Shown here: piece by piece, positions 21,803 through 37,524 of the stretch
Position numbering within the stretch: the first letter of the stretch is position 1
Layout: each line of letters starts with the position of its first letter
Assembly: GCA_029717555.1 (NCBI GenBank)
Contig: JAMDHS010000127.1
Coordinates: 1-45,324, forward strand
Direction of reading: 5' to 3'
Source: Peribolospora baueri
Lineage: Eukaryota
Length of the DNA: 45,324 nt
The notes under the pieces: model-generated
Told to the model about the DNA's origin: nothing
What the model saw: only the letters and a program-made list of their open reading frames with translations
Database searches by the model: none
Translations under genes and position numbers: made by a program

Positions 21803-22736
21803 ATGTCTTTCCGTCTCCTCCGCTCCCCGGCGCGAACAGCGCTGGCATCGACGTCAACGTCGACGTCGGGCTTTGCTTTTTCATTCTCTTCCCGAGGTAT
21901 GGCTGGCACGGCTCGCCTCCAAGACCGTGCCGAGCGGGGAGGGCGCTCGGCGCACTCGGATGCGATGGACAATTTGGCCGACACCATCGCCGACGAGGTC
22001 GCTCCAGATGACGCGGGTCCCGGGATTGAGGGGGAGCCGTCCGGGCAATCTAGCTCTAAAGGTGTTGCTGGAGCGGGCGGCACGGGCCCCTTGGCAAGTC
22101 TGCTCTCCGCTTTGGGGGGTCGGTCGGGCCAGCAGCCGGCTCGAAGGCGGGAGGCGTCGCCGGCTACGCAGGAGTTATATACAAGAGCGTTCAAGCATGG
22201 GCAGGTGAGTGAGGGGTCAGCGGTAGAGGAGATGATTTTGATCGTCTGCGATGCGTTGTCTCGCTCCCATCTTCACTTCCGTTCGCCAGCTGACGAAATG
22301 ACGATCTGCCTGCGTAACGTCTTGTCCGTACCAATTTGTTTATCCTCTCCGTCAGTACTACGATCCCTCTTCGCTCGCCTACGAATCCATGAACCCGGCC
22401 AGAGTCCGTGTCCGCCGACCTGAACTCGGCCCTCCAGCGCGCGTCGCGCGACGACAAGATCCTTTCCACAAGCTCAGCCTGTCCTTCTCTCCTAGTCAAT
22501 CCACCACCTCCTCCCATTCCCCATCCTCGCCGAGCCGAATGCCTTCGGACGTGTACAAGAACCCCGTGGTTCTCAGCCATTACGTGAGCGACATGGGCAA
22601 GATCCAGAGCAGGGCGAAGACCGGGTTGGGATGGAAGAGTCAGAGGGGTTTGGGCAAAGCAATCAGGAGGGCAAGGAGCATGGGCATCTTGCCTGTTCTG
22701 AGCAAGGGTATCTGGGGAAGCAGGAAAATGTTCTGA
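21803..22736 (+). CDS. RSM18: Mitochondrial ribosomal protein bS18m, ~260 aa, 2 exons
   Basis: Arg/Ser-rich presequence-like N-terminus; intron 22205-22355; S18 motif YKNPVVLSHYVSDMGKIQSRAKTGL..KSQRGLGKAIRRARSMGILP. Confidence 0.9.
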
Positions 22737-23051
22737 AGGACCGGTCGTCTCGGTCTGCTGTAGAATAGAGTCTTTGGACGCCCAGACTGACTGGAAGGAC
22801 GTCCTGTCCATTCGCAAGCGTGGAGGGTTAAGCGACGGACGGAGATGTGGGCGAGCATCAAAATAAAACGGGTATCATTGCTTGAACGAAAGCACGATGA
22901 ACGAAAGCAGGTCGAACAATGGGATACTTGAAAAGCTGCACCGAGCACGAAACTGTAGTACCATGAAGGTGCCGCTCCGGAGAAAGGTCAGAGTGCAGCG
23001 TCAAGCTGGCCAACCCAAAAGGCACGAGCCGAGTGGAACGAGATGGGCCCG

Positions 23052-24193
23052 TCAGCCGAGCCACTGGTAGATGAACCAAAAGCAGCCGAGGGTGAAGATG
23101 GCGCCTGCGGCGAAAAGGATGTTATCCTGTGTGCTCCTCCGCTCGATCCAATTGATCACGTCCCTGCTCAACCCAATGGTATTGGCCGCGTCGAGCAAGC
23201 GGCGCTGCGTACCCTTGAGGATGTGGCGCTGCTCCACAAGATTGTTGAGCACCTCTCTCCCCTGTGCCAGGAAGCCGTCCAGTTGCGTCTCCGTCTCGGA
23301 GAGGAAGGTATGCTCGCGCATTGCATGGGCCGCGCGGTAGTCGCCGTTGGGAAGGAACGGGCTGCCTCCAACGCCACCTGCACCGCCCCCGTAAGCGTTT
23401 GGCGGTGACATGGAAGAGTCGAAGGTAGACGTCCGTCGGCCGTGCAAGGAGAAAGGCGATTCGAACGTGGCGGAGTGAGGCGAGCGAGCGACGGATGAGG
23501 AGCCCGCGAAGAGGTCTGCTCGGTTCGAGGCTTCTTGCTGAAATGGCCATGAAGAGGGAAGAACATGGATGCACCGCCGATGACGAGTGCGCCAAAGGCA
23601 GCGAGTGCGGAAAGTAGTGGAATTGCAGAAGTGATGAAAGTCATCAGCGTGACAAACCGGTGGTCAAAGTCAGGTGAATCAGCGGTGGGATGGAGCCGGT
23701 GCCCTACCTTGCCCTTTAATCGCTGGAACTGTGACCTGAGCTCGGCGAGATCGTCCTTGAACTTTGCCACCCGCCTGTGTGAGCAGGACAAGAGTGGGAA
23801 TGATCCAGTAACGTATTATGGAAGCGGCGGGTCAAAAACGCGAAAAAGCTAAAGAACAGCGACGAGACGGGCGACCGGAGGCAAGCTCACTTCATCGCCT
23901 TCTCCTGCTTTGGCAGGATCATCTCTCTCCTCGCCATATTCTCGTAGTCATCGGTGGTCCGACTAAATGCGGCCAGGGACGCGGTGATTTGACCTGACGG
24001 ACAGACAAAACGGCGGAGAGAAAGGCGGCCACGATTCGTCGAGATGATCGGCTATGAGTGGTGGCTCGCTCGGTCAGCCTGGCTGGGGCGGCTCACCTTG
24101 CAACGAGGCGCTGGCATCCTCTTTCTCCATACGAACGAGGTCATTCTGAATGCCTTGGGACTGCCGGAGGGCGAGAGTGTAAAGAGAGTTCAT
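23052..24193 (-). CDS. BOS1: ER-Golgi Qb-SNARE Bos1/membrin, 4 exons
   Basis: MNSLYTLALRQ..|QITASLAAFSRTTDDY..MARRE..KQEKA..; SNARE motif LDGFLAQGREVLNNLVEQRHILKGTQRRLLDAANTIGLSRDVINWIERRSTQD; C-terminal TM. Confidence 0.92.
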
Positions 24194-24626
24194 AGCGGGC
24201 GAGCACGAGACGGAGGAGGCAGGAAGGAAGGGAAGGGTGCGAGAAGGATTCGGCGTGGCGGGTGCCCGGCTGCGAGTGCGGCTGAAGGACTGGACGAAGT
24301 AGTGATGGCTGTCTTGGAAGGAAAGCGAGAGGAGAAAAGAGGGAGGAAAAGAAGAGAGCGATGGCGTTCGCCACTGTCGTCGTCGTTCGTCGTCGATGTC
24401 CGAGGCCAGGTCGAAGGTTGTGCTTGGTTGCCGAAGGATGGCTTATTAGGCGGACACGTCGGCGCCGACCAACGCCGGTTCGCGTGGCCGCGCCGGGAGC
24501 TGATCACCAGCTGAAGGGGAGAGCCGGCGACGGCGGCGAGCAAGGACACGGCCAACTGGCGAACCACTCTCCTTCGTTCCTCTCACACCACCCTCCTCTC
24601 ACCCCTCGTCCTTCTTTCCCGCGCAG

Positions 24627-26522
24627 ATGCATTTTGAAAGTGAGTTTCCGGGGCACTAAGAGGAAGGACGGCGCAAAATACGCGAGCACAGCCCTGCTCA
24701 CGCTCGTCACACAGGATCGTGAGCGCCGAGGCGGCCCTCCTTACTCATGTTGCTGCGTTCGAAACGCCGACTCGCTTCGTCTTATTAATAGCACCTCCTC
24801 CACGTCCCATCCTCATTCCGGGACCGTCAAAGGACTCGGTATCGCGGAGACCGACGCCTCCCTTAGGCTCCGTCTCGGTCGCTGCCGACGCCAATGTGCC
24901 CGACGTCGCTCAGAACGGCAGCGCGGACGCGAGCGCGATGGAGGCTGGAGTAGAGGGGCAGTCTGCTGCGAAGGATAAGCTGGTGGTCTGGCTCGACATA
25001 GACAACACGCTTTACCGTCGCAGCACTAGGATAGCCGACCTCATGGGCGAGCGCATCCATGCTTACTTCCTCAGCCTTGGCTTGGACGAGCACGAGGCGG
25101 CGAGGCTGCATCAAACGTACTACCGAGAGTACGGCTTGGCGTTGAGAGGGCTCGTGAGGCATCATAAGATAGGTGAGTGTCGGCGGGCGTGCCTAAACGT
25201 GTGCCCAGATTCTAATTGTCTAGGTGTTGCTGACGGTCTTTCGTTTTCCTCTCCCGGCGATAGATCCATTGCACTACGAGTAAGTTATCTCAGCGGCTCG
25301 CCTCTCCCAGAGGCTGTCTCGAAAGTCCCATTACCCGTTTACTTGTGAACTAAGGAGCGCTACCGTTCTGCACGAATGCCTATCACCGACTCGCAGCAAA
25401 ATGTGTGACGCTTCTTTGCCGCTCGGTGAGTAATCACTAAGGGAGGAAGAAGGATCATGACACCTTCCATCACACTCACACGCCCTCCAACTGCTTCCCG
25501 CTCCTTGCGTATCGTCCGCGCGCCCCCTTGCCGCAGAGCAAATCTTGAAACCAGACATGCATCTCCAGAAGCTGCTTAAGGATATGGACAGGTCCAAGGT
25601 CCGAGTCCTTGCACTGACGAACGCATACAAGGATGTGAGAAGCCCATTAGTCTTCCTCCTTCCCCCCCGCCATCTTCAACATGCGTCCTACCTTCTCTCA
25701 CTCATCGCACTTCCACACCCTTCTCCGTTATTTTGACTATAATATCAATTTCTCCCACTCTCGAACAGCACGCTCTCCGAGTCCTGCGTATTCTCGGCCT
25801 GGACGAGTACGTGGAGGCGATCGTGTACGCCGATTACTCGGCCGAGACTTTTAATTGCAAACCGGAGAAGGAGTTCTACATCGAGGTGAGCGGGCCCGCT
25901 TTGCGTCCAAAAGTCGATGACAGTATCAGTGCGAACGACAGACTTGGAGAGAGATGGCGTGTCTGTCGGGGGCCTTCTGCGGACATCTGCGAAGAATGGG
26001 AAACGGGTAAAGAGGTTTGAGGCGCCGCAAGCTTGGATTCGCTTACCCATCCCCGTGCCGCTCTCGACCCCTGCACCCCCACTCCCTCTTCATGACACAC
26101 CCACCATTTCTTGTTCCCATCCCGCCTTTTGACGTCACAAGGCGATGCGTCTCGTTGGAACACAAGACCCTTCGAAACAGTATTTCGTAGATGACTCGGC
26201 TGTCAACGTTCGTGCTGCCAAGGAGCTCGGTTGGGGGTCTGCTGGTGAGTGAAGGAACGGAGGGCAGTGGCTGAATGCGCGCTGGCAAAGGCACATGGCT
26301 TATCGCTTATCTTCTTTCCATTCTTCTCGACCCTCCAATCCGCACTCGCTTCTGGATGTAATACGACCGACCCTCTCGGTGTGAAACCCAAACCCAGTCC
26401 ACTTTGCCGAAGACCCGGCAGAATGCTCGATAGATGTTGGCGACGCTCAGATTTCCGATCTGGAGGAGTTGAGGCACATCTGGGGCGACAAAGTGTTCCG
26501 TTCCTCCTCCGATGACTCCTAA
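24627..26522 (+). CDS. SDT1: HAD-family pyrimidine 5'-nucleotidase (Sdt1/Phm8-like); start uncertain (24627, 24938 or further upstream)
   Basis: WLDIDNTLY (motif I), YYREYGLALRGL, TNAYK.HALRVLRILGL (motif II), CKPEKEFY (III), FVDDSAVNVRAAKELGW (IV). Internal 16-nt (25264-25279) and 29-nt (25397-25425) exons; TAA at 26520-26522. Confidence 0.85.
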
Positions 26523-27228
26523 TTCCATCTTGCCTCTGCCGCCCCATCATCCCACGTTTCGCCCCCCCTCCCCCGCACCCACCTTCCTTACGGCGATCGT
26601 CGTCCTTTCCTATCCTCCCGTTCTTGTTTTTTTTGCTCCTTCACTGCATGGAATCTAATAATAAACTACCTCGTCCCAGTGGTGGCCTTCAGATGCCCTC
26701 GCTGCGAAGCCGGCGCGCTGGGGCGTAGTTAGACGTAAGTTAATTAAACCGAGCTGTGGTAAGTTTGTACACGTGCGAAGCGTGATCGCGGAACACCTCT
26801 CCACGTGCGCGCGAGAGAGAAGTGGGAGGCGCCCGAGAGCGAGTTGGCCGAGAACCCAAGCTGCTACTATGGTCGGTCGATCATCCCTCCGTCTCCAACG
26901 TGCAGCCTCGCTCGCGAGCGCAAGACGAGGCGAAGAAGAAGAGCTAGAAAATGAAGGACGATCGAAAATACCGGACGGCAACGTTGTACGAATTCCGAGA
27001 TGCGAGGGCTGGGACAGGGAAGGGCTTGCCGAGAGGGGTATTGGATGGGTGGGATTGAGGAGGGCCGCCAGGAGGGAGACGAGAGGAGCGAGGAAGAAAC
27101 TGAATCGGTAGAAAAAAGGGATGAAATGCCAAGTCGAGCAACCTTGGATGCGCAAGGAGCTAAAGAGGCCATGCGGTGCGATGGACGTGCTTCCGCGTGG
27201 CTCGTTCGTCCGCCTTTTCCGTTTCCGT

Positions 27229-29888
<2,660 letters not shown>

Positions 29889-31357
29889 CGCTTCGGGTCG
29901 GAGTAGGGTAATCGGGTCGGCGGTGTTCTACGGCGGTTTGATGAAGGGCCGGATGGCAATTCACTCGAGTCGACGGGGAGGAAGGGAGGGAGGAAAGGTG
30001 AAAAGAGAGGAGGAGAAGGGGTTGGAGGAATGACGATAAGGTGGAGGAGGAACGGGGGATGGAAGAGCGACGGCGGAAGGAGACTCGGGGCGGGGGTAGT
30101 CAAGCGACGGGCGCGCGAAGAAGTGCCAATTGGAACGCGAAGGACGGCGTGGGTAGGGCGGTCGGGTGCTGCACTGGACGAGCCGGGCTCGAGCGACGGT
30201 CAGGATCGGCTGTAAGAGGACGGCGGAGACGGGCTGACGGACGGGGCTTGGCGGATGTGGTGTGTTTGTCTACGGCCGCTCGCAGATAGGATGGTAGTGG
30301 TGGCGGTGGTGGTGATGGTGGTGACGGTGAGAGCTCGACTCGACTCCACCCGCCACACGCGACCGCCAAGCGGTGACTGACCATCGACGGCTGATTTGAT
30401 TTGTGCGACCCTGACCCGACCTTCCTCCGCCCTTCTCTTCCGTCGCTGCCTCCTCGAAATAGCTTCGTCGTGTTTCGGCGCACACCGACTCCCTCCTCGT
30501 CTCTGTTGCAGTACAGCACAGAATAGCTCCACACTGACGTCGCCGTGACCGACGCCAGCAGACGAGACCAGCCAGTCATGCTCGGAAAGAGAGAGGGGTG
30601 CGGGCAAAGCTCCAGCGGTCTTGCTTCGGCGAACTCAGCCTGCGCCAGGCGGCATCGGCGTCCTGATCATTGCAACCGTAACCCTTGGCCCGGCAGAGGA
30701 GACGAGACGAGACGAGCAGAACACTTCCTTTCCTTCATCCACCGTCTTCCGACTCGCATCGAACCTCGCCGGCGAATCCACCATGGTTCACGCATGTGCA
30801 CATACATATACATGCTCGGCCCCAAATAGAGTGGGCCAACGGCAGGGGATGAATGGACGATGGATGGGGTCACGAGGCGCCGATTGCGCCTACCTCTTTC
30901 CGCACACACAAGACTTGAATGCCGAAAGCGAAAAGACGGTAGCGAGGGGAAGAGGCATTTGAAAAAAAAAAAAAAAAAGAGGTAGTTGGCATCTTCAAGA
31001 AGAGCGGAGACGGTGAAAACAAAAAGAGCAGGATGGAAAGTGTCTGGCCGACCGAGTCACGGAAAGGCACGCAGGATGTCAAAATCAAACTCGCGATGAG
31101 CCACCGCCCGCGTACGGAAACTGAACAGACGAGACAGGATAGATAGATGGATGGATGGGTGGATGGACACGAAGAAAAGGGAACGGACCAAGGGTCATTC
31201 CAAAAGTGAAAGGCGACGAGGTGAGATGATGGAGCTTTGGGCATCGCGGAGGAATAGCGACGACGACACACGTCTGCCATTCTTTTTTATCCTTTTTCTT
31301 TTCCCTTTCCGAACGACTCCAGCGGCTAAGCCGGCTCGCGCCTTAAACCTTCCTCCT

Positions 31358-33458
31358 TCACTCCTGCTTCGGCGCTTCGTCCCCAGCGAGTTCAGCCTCC
31401 TTTTCAGTCTCCTCCGCCACCTTGTCCTTCGCGTCCTCGACCTTCTCATCTGCCGCTACCTTGTCCGCTGACTCCTCCGCCTTGGCCGCTTTCTCACCGG
31501 CACCGTTCTTGGCGAGAAGCTTCTCGACGCGCTCAATGTTCTCCTTCGTCACCCTGTCCTGGTTGGCGACAAAGTAGGCCTTCTTCAGCTTGAGGTTCTC
31601 GATCGTTTGCGGGAGATCTCCGGCGCTCGTGGGAGGCGGGATGCTCAAATTGAGCAGAGCAGAGAGGGTGGGCAGGGGAACGTTGAGCTTGCCCTCTCCC
31701 GTCGTCGTCGGCCCGCCGCTTTCGCCATTCTCGCCGTTCAAGGGCAGGGGCACGCCCTTCTTGGCCGAAGAGCTGCCCGCCCCACCCGTGTTGCCCTTCT
31801 TGCCCTTGCCGCCCTTCTTGCCGCTGCCGACAAAGTAAGCTTCTTCCTCTTCGCCCTTCTTCTTCACCATCTTAGCGCCCGCGAACGCCGAGTCGTCCAC
31901 TTTCCGCACCTCGCGCTGGGGAACGGTGGATGAGGAGGAAAGCAGAGGGCCGGAAGAAGAAGACGTGATCGGCTTGCCGGAGAAGTAGTTGATCAAGCTG
32001 TTCAGTTGAACGGGTGAGCGAAACGATCAATCAAGCAGCGTCAGAATCGATAACAATCGGTTACCTTCCGGTCCCACATCGTCCTACACCCCACTCACTT
32101 ATCACAGTCCTCGATCTGCGTCGCGAAAGCGGGCATGGCGGCTTCTTCTCTCATTCTCGCCGCCTCCTCCTTCTTCTTGGCTTCCTCGGCCGCCTGGCGC
32201 TCCGCCCTTTGCCTCTCAATCCGCCTGCTCTTCTCCTCGTTGACTTTCTCCCAGTACTTGTCGTTCGCCACCCGGTAGGCCGCGTTCCGGTCCCGCTTAG
32301 CGCCGTACAGCTCGTCGAGGCGTTTGCTAAGCGCCGTGCGCTCGTCCAACAACTGGCCACGGCTAGCATGCAGCGCATCGGCCTCCTTGTTGAGCGCATC
32401 CAGCTCGGCGTTGATGGCCGTGAACCGATCCGAGGTCGCGCGCGAGGACGGGTCGTCTAACTTGGCCCGTAGTTCGTCCACCTTGGCCCGCTCGGCGTCG
32501 ATGGCCTGCTGAGCGGCGGCGAAGCCTTCGACCGTCTTGCGCGACTTTTTGAGCTGCGAGATTTCCGAGAGCGTTCGGCGCTCGTCGACGAGCTTCATAC
32601 TGCCCGATTCTACCTGCTGCTCAAGGTGGCTGGAAAAGTAGGCGTAGAGCGGCGAACGTAGATGCACATGCAGAAAAATCAGTTGGTGGGACTTTGCGCC
32701 TACGCGGAGGACGAAGAGCACTCACGCGATCTGGGCGTCCACCTCGGCGATCGACTTGAAGGGTGCCTTGCCCTTGGCAGCCTGAAGATCCTTGATCTAT
32801 CACCGGGCGACAAGGAGATTGTCAGCAAAATCGGACCAGATCGGCTCGGCGAAAGTTTCGCCTAGTTGATCAAGACCTGAGCTCACCTTCTTCTGAATGC
32901 CGTCCTGAAGGGCCTTGAGTTCATCCAAAACCTTTCCACGAGAAGCCTTCCCACCGGCTTGCTCGTTCCGGAGCTTGTCGAGCTCAGCGCGAAGCTCGGC
33001 GCGCTTCTGGCCGACCGGGGAGTCGCGGGCATTGCCGGCCGAGCCAATCTTTTGTCGCACAGCGGTCTGCAGGGAACGGAGGCGGCCGTCCAAGGCGCGA
33101 AATGTACGAGCAAGCTCGATCAGGCCGGGTTTTCGCAAAGAAAAGACCTCAAAGTCCGGGAGTTGTGCGGTCGTCTGAGACCGTCGAGAAAGCAAGACAA
33201 AGCCTGGCTACCCACCACTTTGGCCTGAACTTCGTCAATCTGCTTCTGGATCTTGTCCATCTCTGCCTTGTGAGCCGCCTGATCGGGCCTGCCTCCAGAC
33301 AGTTTGGCAATCTCGATGTCGCCATTGGAAGAGGAGGAAGGCTCGGCAGGGGTGGAGGCAGCGGTAGCAGCGTTGTCCTTGGCCTTGCCATTTGGCGCGG
33401 AAGAGGATGACTTGGGCGGACGGGGCTGGGAGGGTTTGGCGATGGTTGGGGCAGCCAT
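31358..33458 (-). CDS. BFR1: Bfr1-like coiled-coil mRNP/nuclear segregation protein, 5 exons
   Basis: GRPDQAAHKAE..; PFKSIAEVDAQI; LEQQVESGSMKLVDERRTLSEISQLKKSRK; A..PAFATQIEDC..LINYF; IPPPTSAGDLPQTIENLKLKKAYFVANQDRVTKENIE. Confidence 0.88.
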
Positions 33459-34462
33459 GACGAGAAAATGAAGGAAAGAGGAAGTAAAGGAAGGAAGCAG
33501 AGCGGAGTGGGACGGAGGCGATGGAGGTGATGAAAGAAGAGAGGGAGCCTACGTTGCCGCACTGCGTACGCAACCTGAGAAGGACTTCCGAGCCGACCTG
33601 GCACTTGCGTGGTTATCCGCCGCAGTCACTCATCACGGCCCGCTTCCAGACCCAACCAGGGCACTGAGCCAAAACTAATCTACCATCATCCTCCGTGACC
33701 TGTCACGCTGTCCTGTCCATTCCGGTGCAGTCCGGGGTCGACGGCTGTGAATGCTCAGGTTTCACTGGAAATTGTCTGTGGCAAGTGGTCAGTTACGAAG
33801 GGCAGGACCGACGGCCCGGCTCTGACAGTTTTCCGATCGCCTCAAAAAAGGCCGTCCCGAGCCTTTGGAGTGACAAGCCGAGAAGCAGGGGTACTACTTC
33901 TCCTTCCTCACGCAGAGGAAGGACGACAGGCGGGCGTGAAGAGACGGTGAAGTTGTCTTGCTGACTTCCTCATAGGTTCCATCTCGGAACGCTTCGTGTG
34001 TAAGAGGGAGGCGAAGGGGGCGAATGACTTGCCACTCGAGGACGTTTTCCAAGGGCGCACGTGGACACCGGATGTATGCGCAAGGAAGTTTGTCCATGAC
34101 CTCCATCCACAAAAACCGGCTCGCCCGACACCCTTGATAGACACGAACCACCACCTCGACAGCTGCCCAGGCGGCCCGTCTTAGGCGCCCTCTCCACCGA
34201 GTGGCTCGCTCCCCTGCGTACGCCCTCTTTTCCCTCACTGCCACTTCATAGACTCGCCAACAGCCGGGCAGGCCAGTCGACCAGCAGCTGTCCTTGTCTT
34301 CCCAACACCATCGCACGATTCACGCTCCCTTTCTTCCTCTGTGACGCCTCACCGTTGTGCCTTGCCACCTACGGCTTCCCGGAGAATAATCTGTTAAGAT
34401 TGTCATAAACTCTCCTAGCTTCCTGCTCTACCGCCGCCGCCTCTCGAACCCGCTCGTCCACC

Positions 34463-37400
34463 ATGGGTGGGATTCGCACCTGCCCAGATACTTTTCCGCG
34501 CCGGTTCATGGCCGTCGACGCTCTGCGCCGTGGCAGCTTCAAGAAAGGGCAACGTCACGTGTCGGCCGTTGTTGTCCTGGGTCTCTTGGTTCTCTCTCTC
34601 GTCTCGGTAGGCAGGGCAATTCCGCTGGGCGAGGCCTCGCAGCCCGGGACAGCTCCAAGCTCGAAAGGTGAAGGTTGTGTCGTCCGTCAGCTGAACCGTT
34701 TGTCCACGGTTCAGGCCGCCGTGCCATTCAGCTTACCATTTTCCTTGACTCTCTCGCTATCGTCACGGCTAGCCCAGTCGCCGTCACTCGTACACCCAGC
34801 ACTCCGGAGCGCTCCTTCCAAGCCGGCCCTGAAAGGGCGTTTCCTCCATATCACTGTGAGCGGCTAACACCCGGCTGTCCAAGAGCTCCTTTGGTCGGGA
34901 AATTGCGCTGATAGAGACGACGTGGTGGCGGTTTTTGCCTCTTCTTCTTTCCCGCTCACTTGCCAAATCACGCAACAGGACATACACCCAGACCCCCATT
35001 ACGTGCACGGCACCGCTGAGCGAAAACATTGCCATCGAGGCAAGCCGAAGAAGAACAAGAAGACTGGAGACGATTTTGCAGGGTACTGGGGCACTCCTGT
35101 AAGGTACGCGGGGGATCTGAGCTCGAATCTCTGGGGCGGATGGAGCGCAATGCGCTTTTGATGTCGACTGGGCTCACCTCTCTGTGCGGATTCTTTCTAT
35201 CCCTCTTTGCTTCTCAGCGACTGCGACGCGCCTTATTCCCTCGTCAATGCCACATTGGACTGGCTCAAGAGAGAATGGGCGGAGGAGGTGGACTTTGTCG
35301 TCTGGACGGGGGACAGTGCAAGGTCAGTGGCCGTCCTTTTTACTTACCCAGAGGAGGGATTTTGGACGGATAGCTAGCCGGTGTGCCTTCATTGGGAGCT
35401 CGAACGCTGACTTGACTTGGGGCATCTGCTTGAACGGGTAGGCACGACATTGACTCGAAGATCCCGCGAAGCCCGGAAGAAATCTACGATTCGAACCGAT
35501 GGATGGCGAGCAAGATGGAGGAAACGTTCGGCCCGGAGATACCTATCGTGCCCACTCTCGGCAACAACGACATCCACCCGCACAACATTTTCTACCCGGG
35601 GCCCTCGGAGGCGACGATCGAGTACGCGAACATCTGGAAACACTTCATCCCCGAGGCCTCCTTTCACGCTTTCCATCGAGGCGCCTACTTCTCTAGCGAG
35701 GTCATCCCGGACGAACTGGCGGTCATCTCGTTGAGTGAGTCCAGTATAGGGACAGGAAGTCCGACGATCAGCCGACCAGTTCTGCTCACCCAGGTCATTT
35801 CTGTCGGCTTCTTCGCGGGATAGACACGCTCTATTTCTCCGAATTCAACAAGGCCATGGATGGTTGCCATCCGTCGCATGAGGAGGACCCGGGAACGATC
35901 CATCTCGACTGGTGAGCGTCCTGTCGAACGGAAATTGCCCAGACCGTCCTTTCTCCCCCGTACATCTTGCAGCGCTTGCAGCGCTCCGTGCTCAATACGA
36001 GCCTTTTATCCTTTACACTTTGAATGCCCAGGCTGGAAGAAGAGCTCGACATGTTCCGCCAGCGCGGCATGCAGGTATACCTAGTAGGCCACGTCCCGCC
36101 CACGCCGGGCAACTACTTTGCCGAGTGCTACTCGAGATACGCCGAGATCATCCTGCGCTTCCAGGACACCTTAGTTGGACAGCTGTTTGGGTGAGATATC
36201 GCTGAAGTAGCCGTGTCGACCATGGTATTGCGACCTTGGGATGTGTGGTGGTGATTCATCGACCGCTTGCTGAGCGTCGCTTGCGCTCTTGGGGTCGTTT
36301 CGCAGGCATATGAACGTGGACGCAATCTTCTTGGTGGAAGACGGGGACACCGCCGAGAGGGTCCGTCCCGACACGACCAACCGCGCCGGCCTGCCGAAAG
36401 ACCTCCGCGAAAACTTCAACAGCCTTCCGGCCGAGGGGCAGGCCAACTTGAGCGACTACTCCGTGATCAACGTCGCGCCGAGCGTCATACCCACATACCT
36501 CCCCTGCGTGCGCGTCTTCACTTACAACACCACCAAGCCCGCTTCCGAGGGTAAGGAGCCGACGACAGCGAACGTCCTGGACGATGAGCTGTGGGACGTA
36601 GTCGACGGTGAGACGGCGACGCCGGAGGACGTGGACTCGTCGAGGCCGAAGATGGTGTTCCAGCTTGGTTCGGGCTCGGGTTCGGGTTTGGTCTCGTCGG
36701 ATGAAGGGTGGGAGTCTTTGGACGAATCGGAGACGCTCGAGCGCAAGAAGAAGCGCAAGGACGGAAAAGGAAAGCACGGGAAGGACCGGAAGAAGAAGAA
36801 GAAGAAGAAGAAGAACAAGGAGGGTGGAAAGGGTCCGAAGCACGTCAGTCCGGACTCGCCGGTGCGGACCAACACGTACCTCACGCCGCTCGGATGGAGC
36901 CAGTTCTTCGTCGACTTGGAGAGGGAGAACGAGCGTTTCGAGGGAAAGAAGAAGGTCGGTGGCGAGGGCGAGGGTGGGAGGGTTGGCGCAAACGCTGCGG
37001 GGAGGCAAAGGGGCACGTCTGGCAAGGGGAAAAGGGGCAAGGAGGAAGGGGGCGTGGTGGGCTCCGGGTTTGACGACGTCGGAAACGAGCTGCGGTGGCG
37101 ACTCGAATACACGACGTACGACGAGCGCACGCTCTGGGGTCCCCTGCGACGGCCGCTCCAAGCCGGCTCCGAGGCGGAGGAATCGGAGCGGGTGCGAGGA
37201 GGAGGAGAAGGAGACGAAAGGGAAGACGAGCAAGATCGTGGGCCGGTGCCCGTCCGACTGCTCGAGCACGAGCTCTTCCTTCGCGGACTCTTGCCCACCG
37301 CCTTGTTCTCGCTGGGCAAGTCGTCCTCTTCCGACGAAGACGACAACGATGCCCCCCTCCTCTCCGCCTCCACGCTTCGTGACCTGTCGCACGAGGCACT

Positions 37401-37524
37401 GACGATGCCAGACCTCACCTTACCTTCTTACCTGGACCTGTTGCGCCGATTGGCGTCGGATGACGACGCGTGGGAGGTGTGGAAGCGGCGAATGTACGTC
37501 CAGAGCGGCGCCCACGAGGAGTGA
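34463..37524 (+). CDS. PPN1: Vacuolar endopolyphosphatase (calcineurin-like metallophosphoesterase), multi-exon
   Basis: N-terminal TM; GRFLHIT|DIHPDPHY; DCDAP; VVWTGDSAR|HD; PTLGNNDIHPHN; GHVPP; LFG|HMNVD; APSVIPTYLP..RVFTYN; Lys-rich insert; MPDLT..SYLDL. Confidence 0.92.

Noticed and set aside
24640..24866. TPP riboswitch controlling alternative splicing in SDT1 or the transporter introns
   Set aside because: No CTGAGA plus downstream TGAT..GATAAT aptamer arrangement was seen, and neither gene is thiamine-related.
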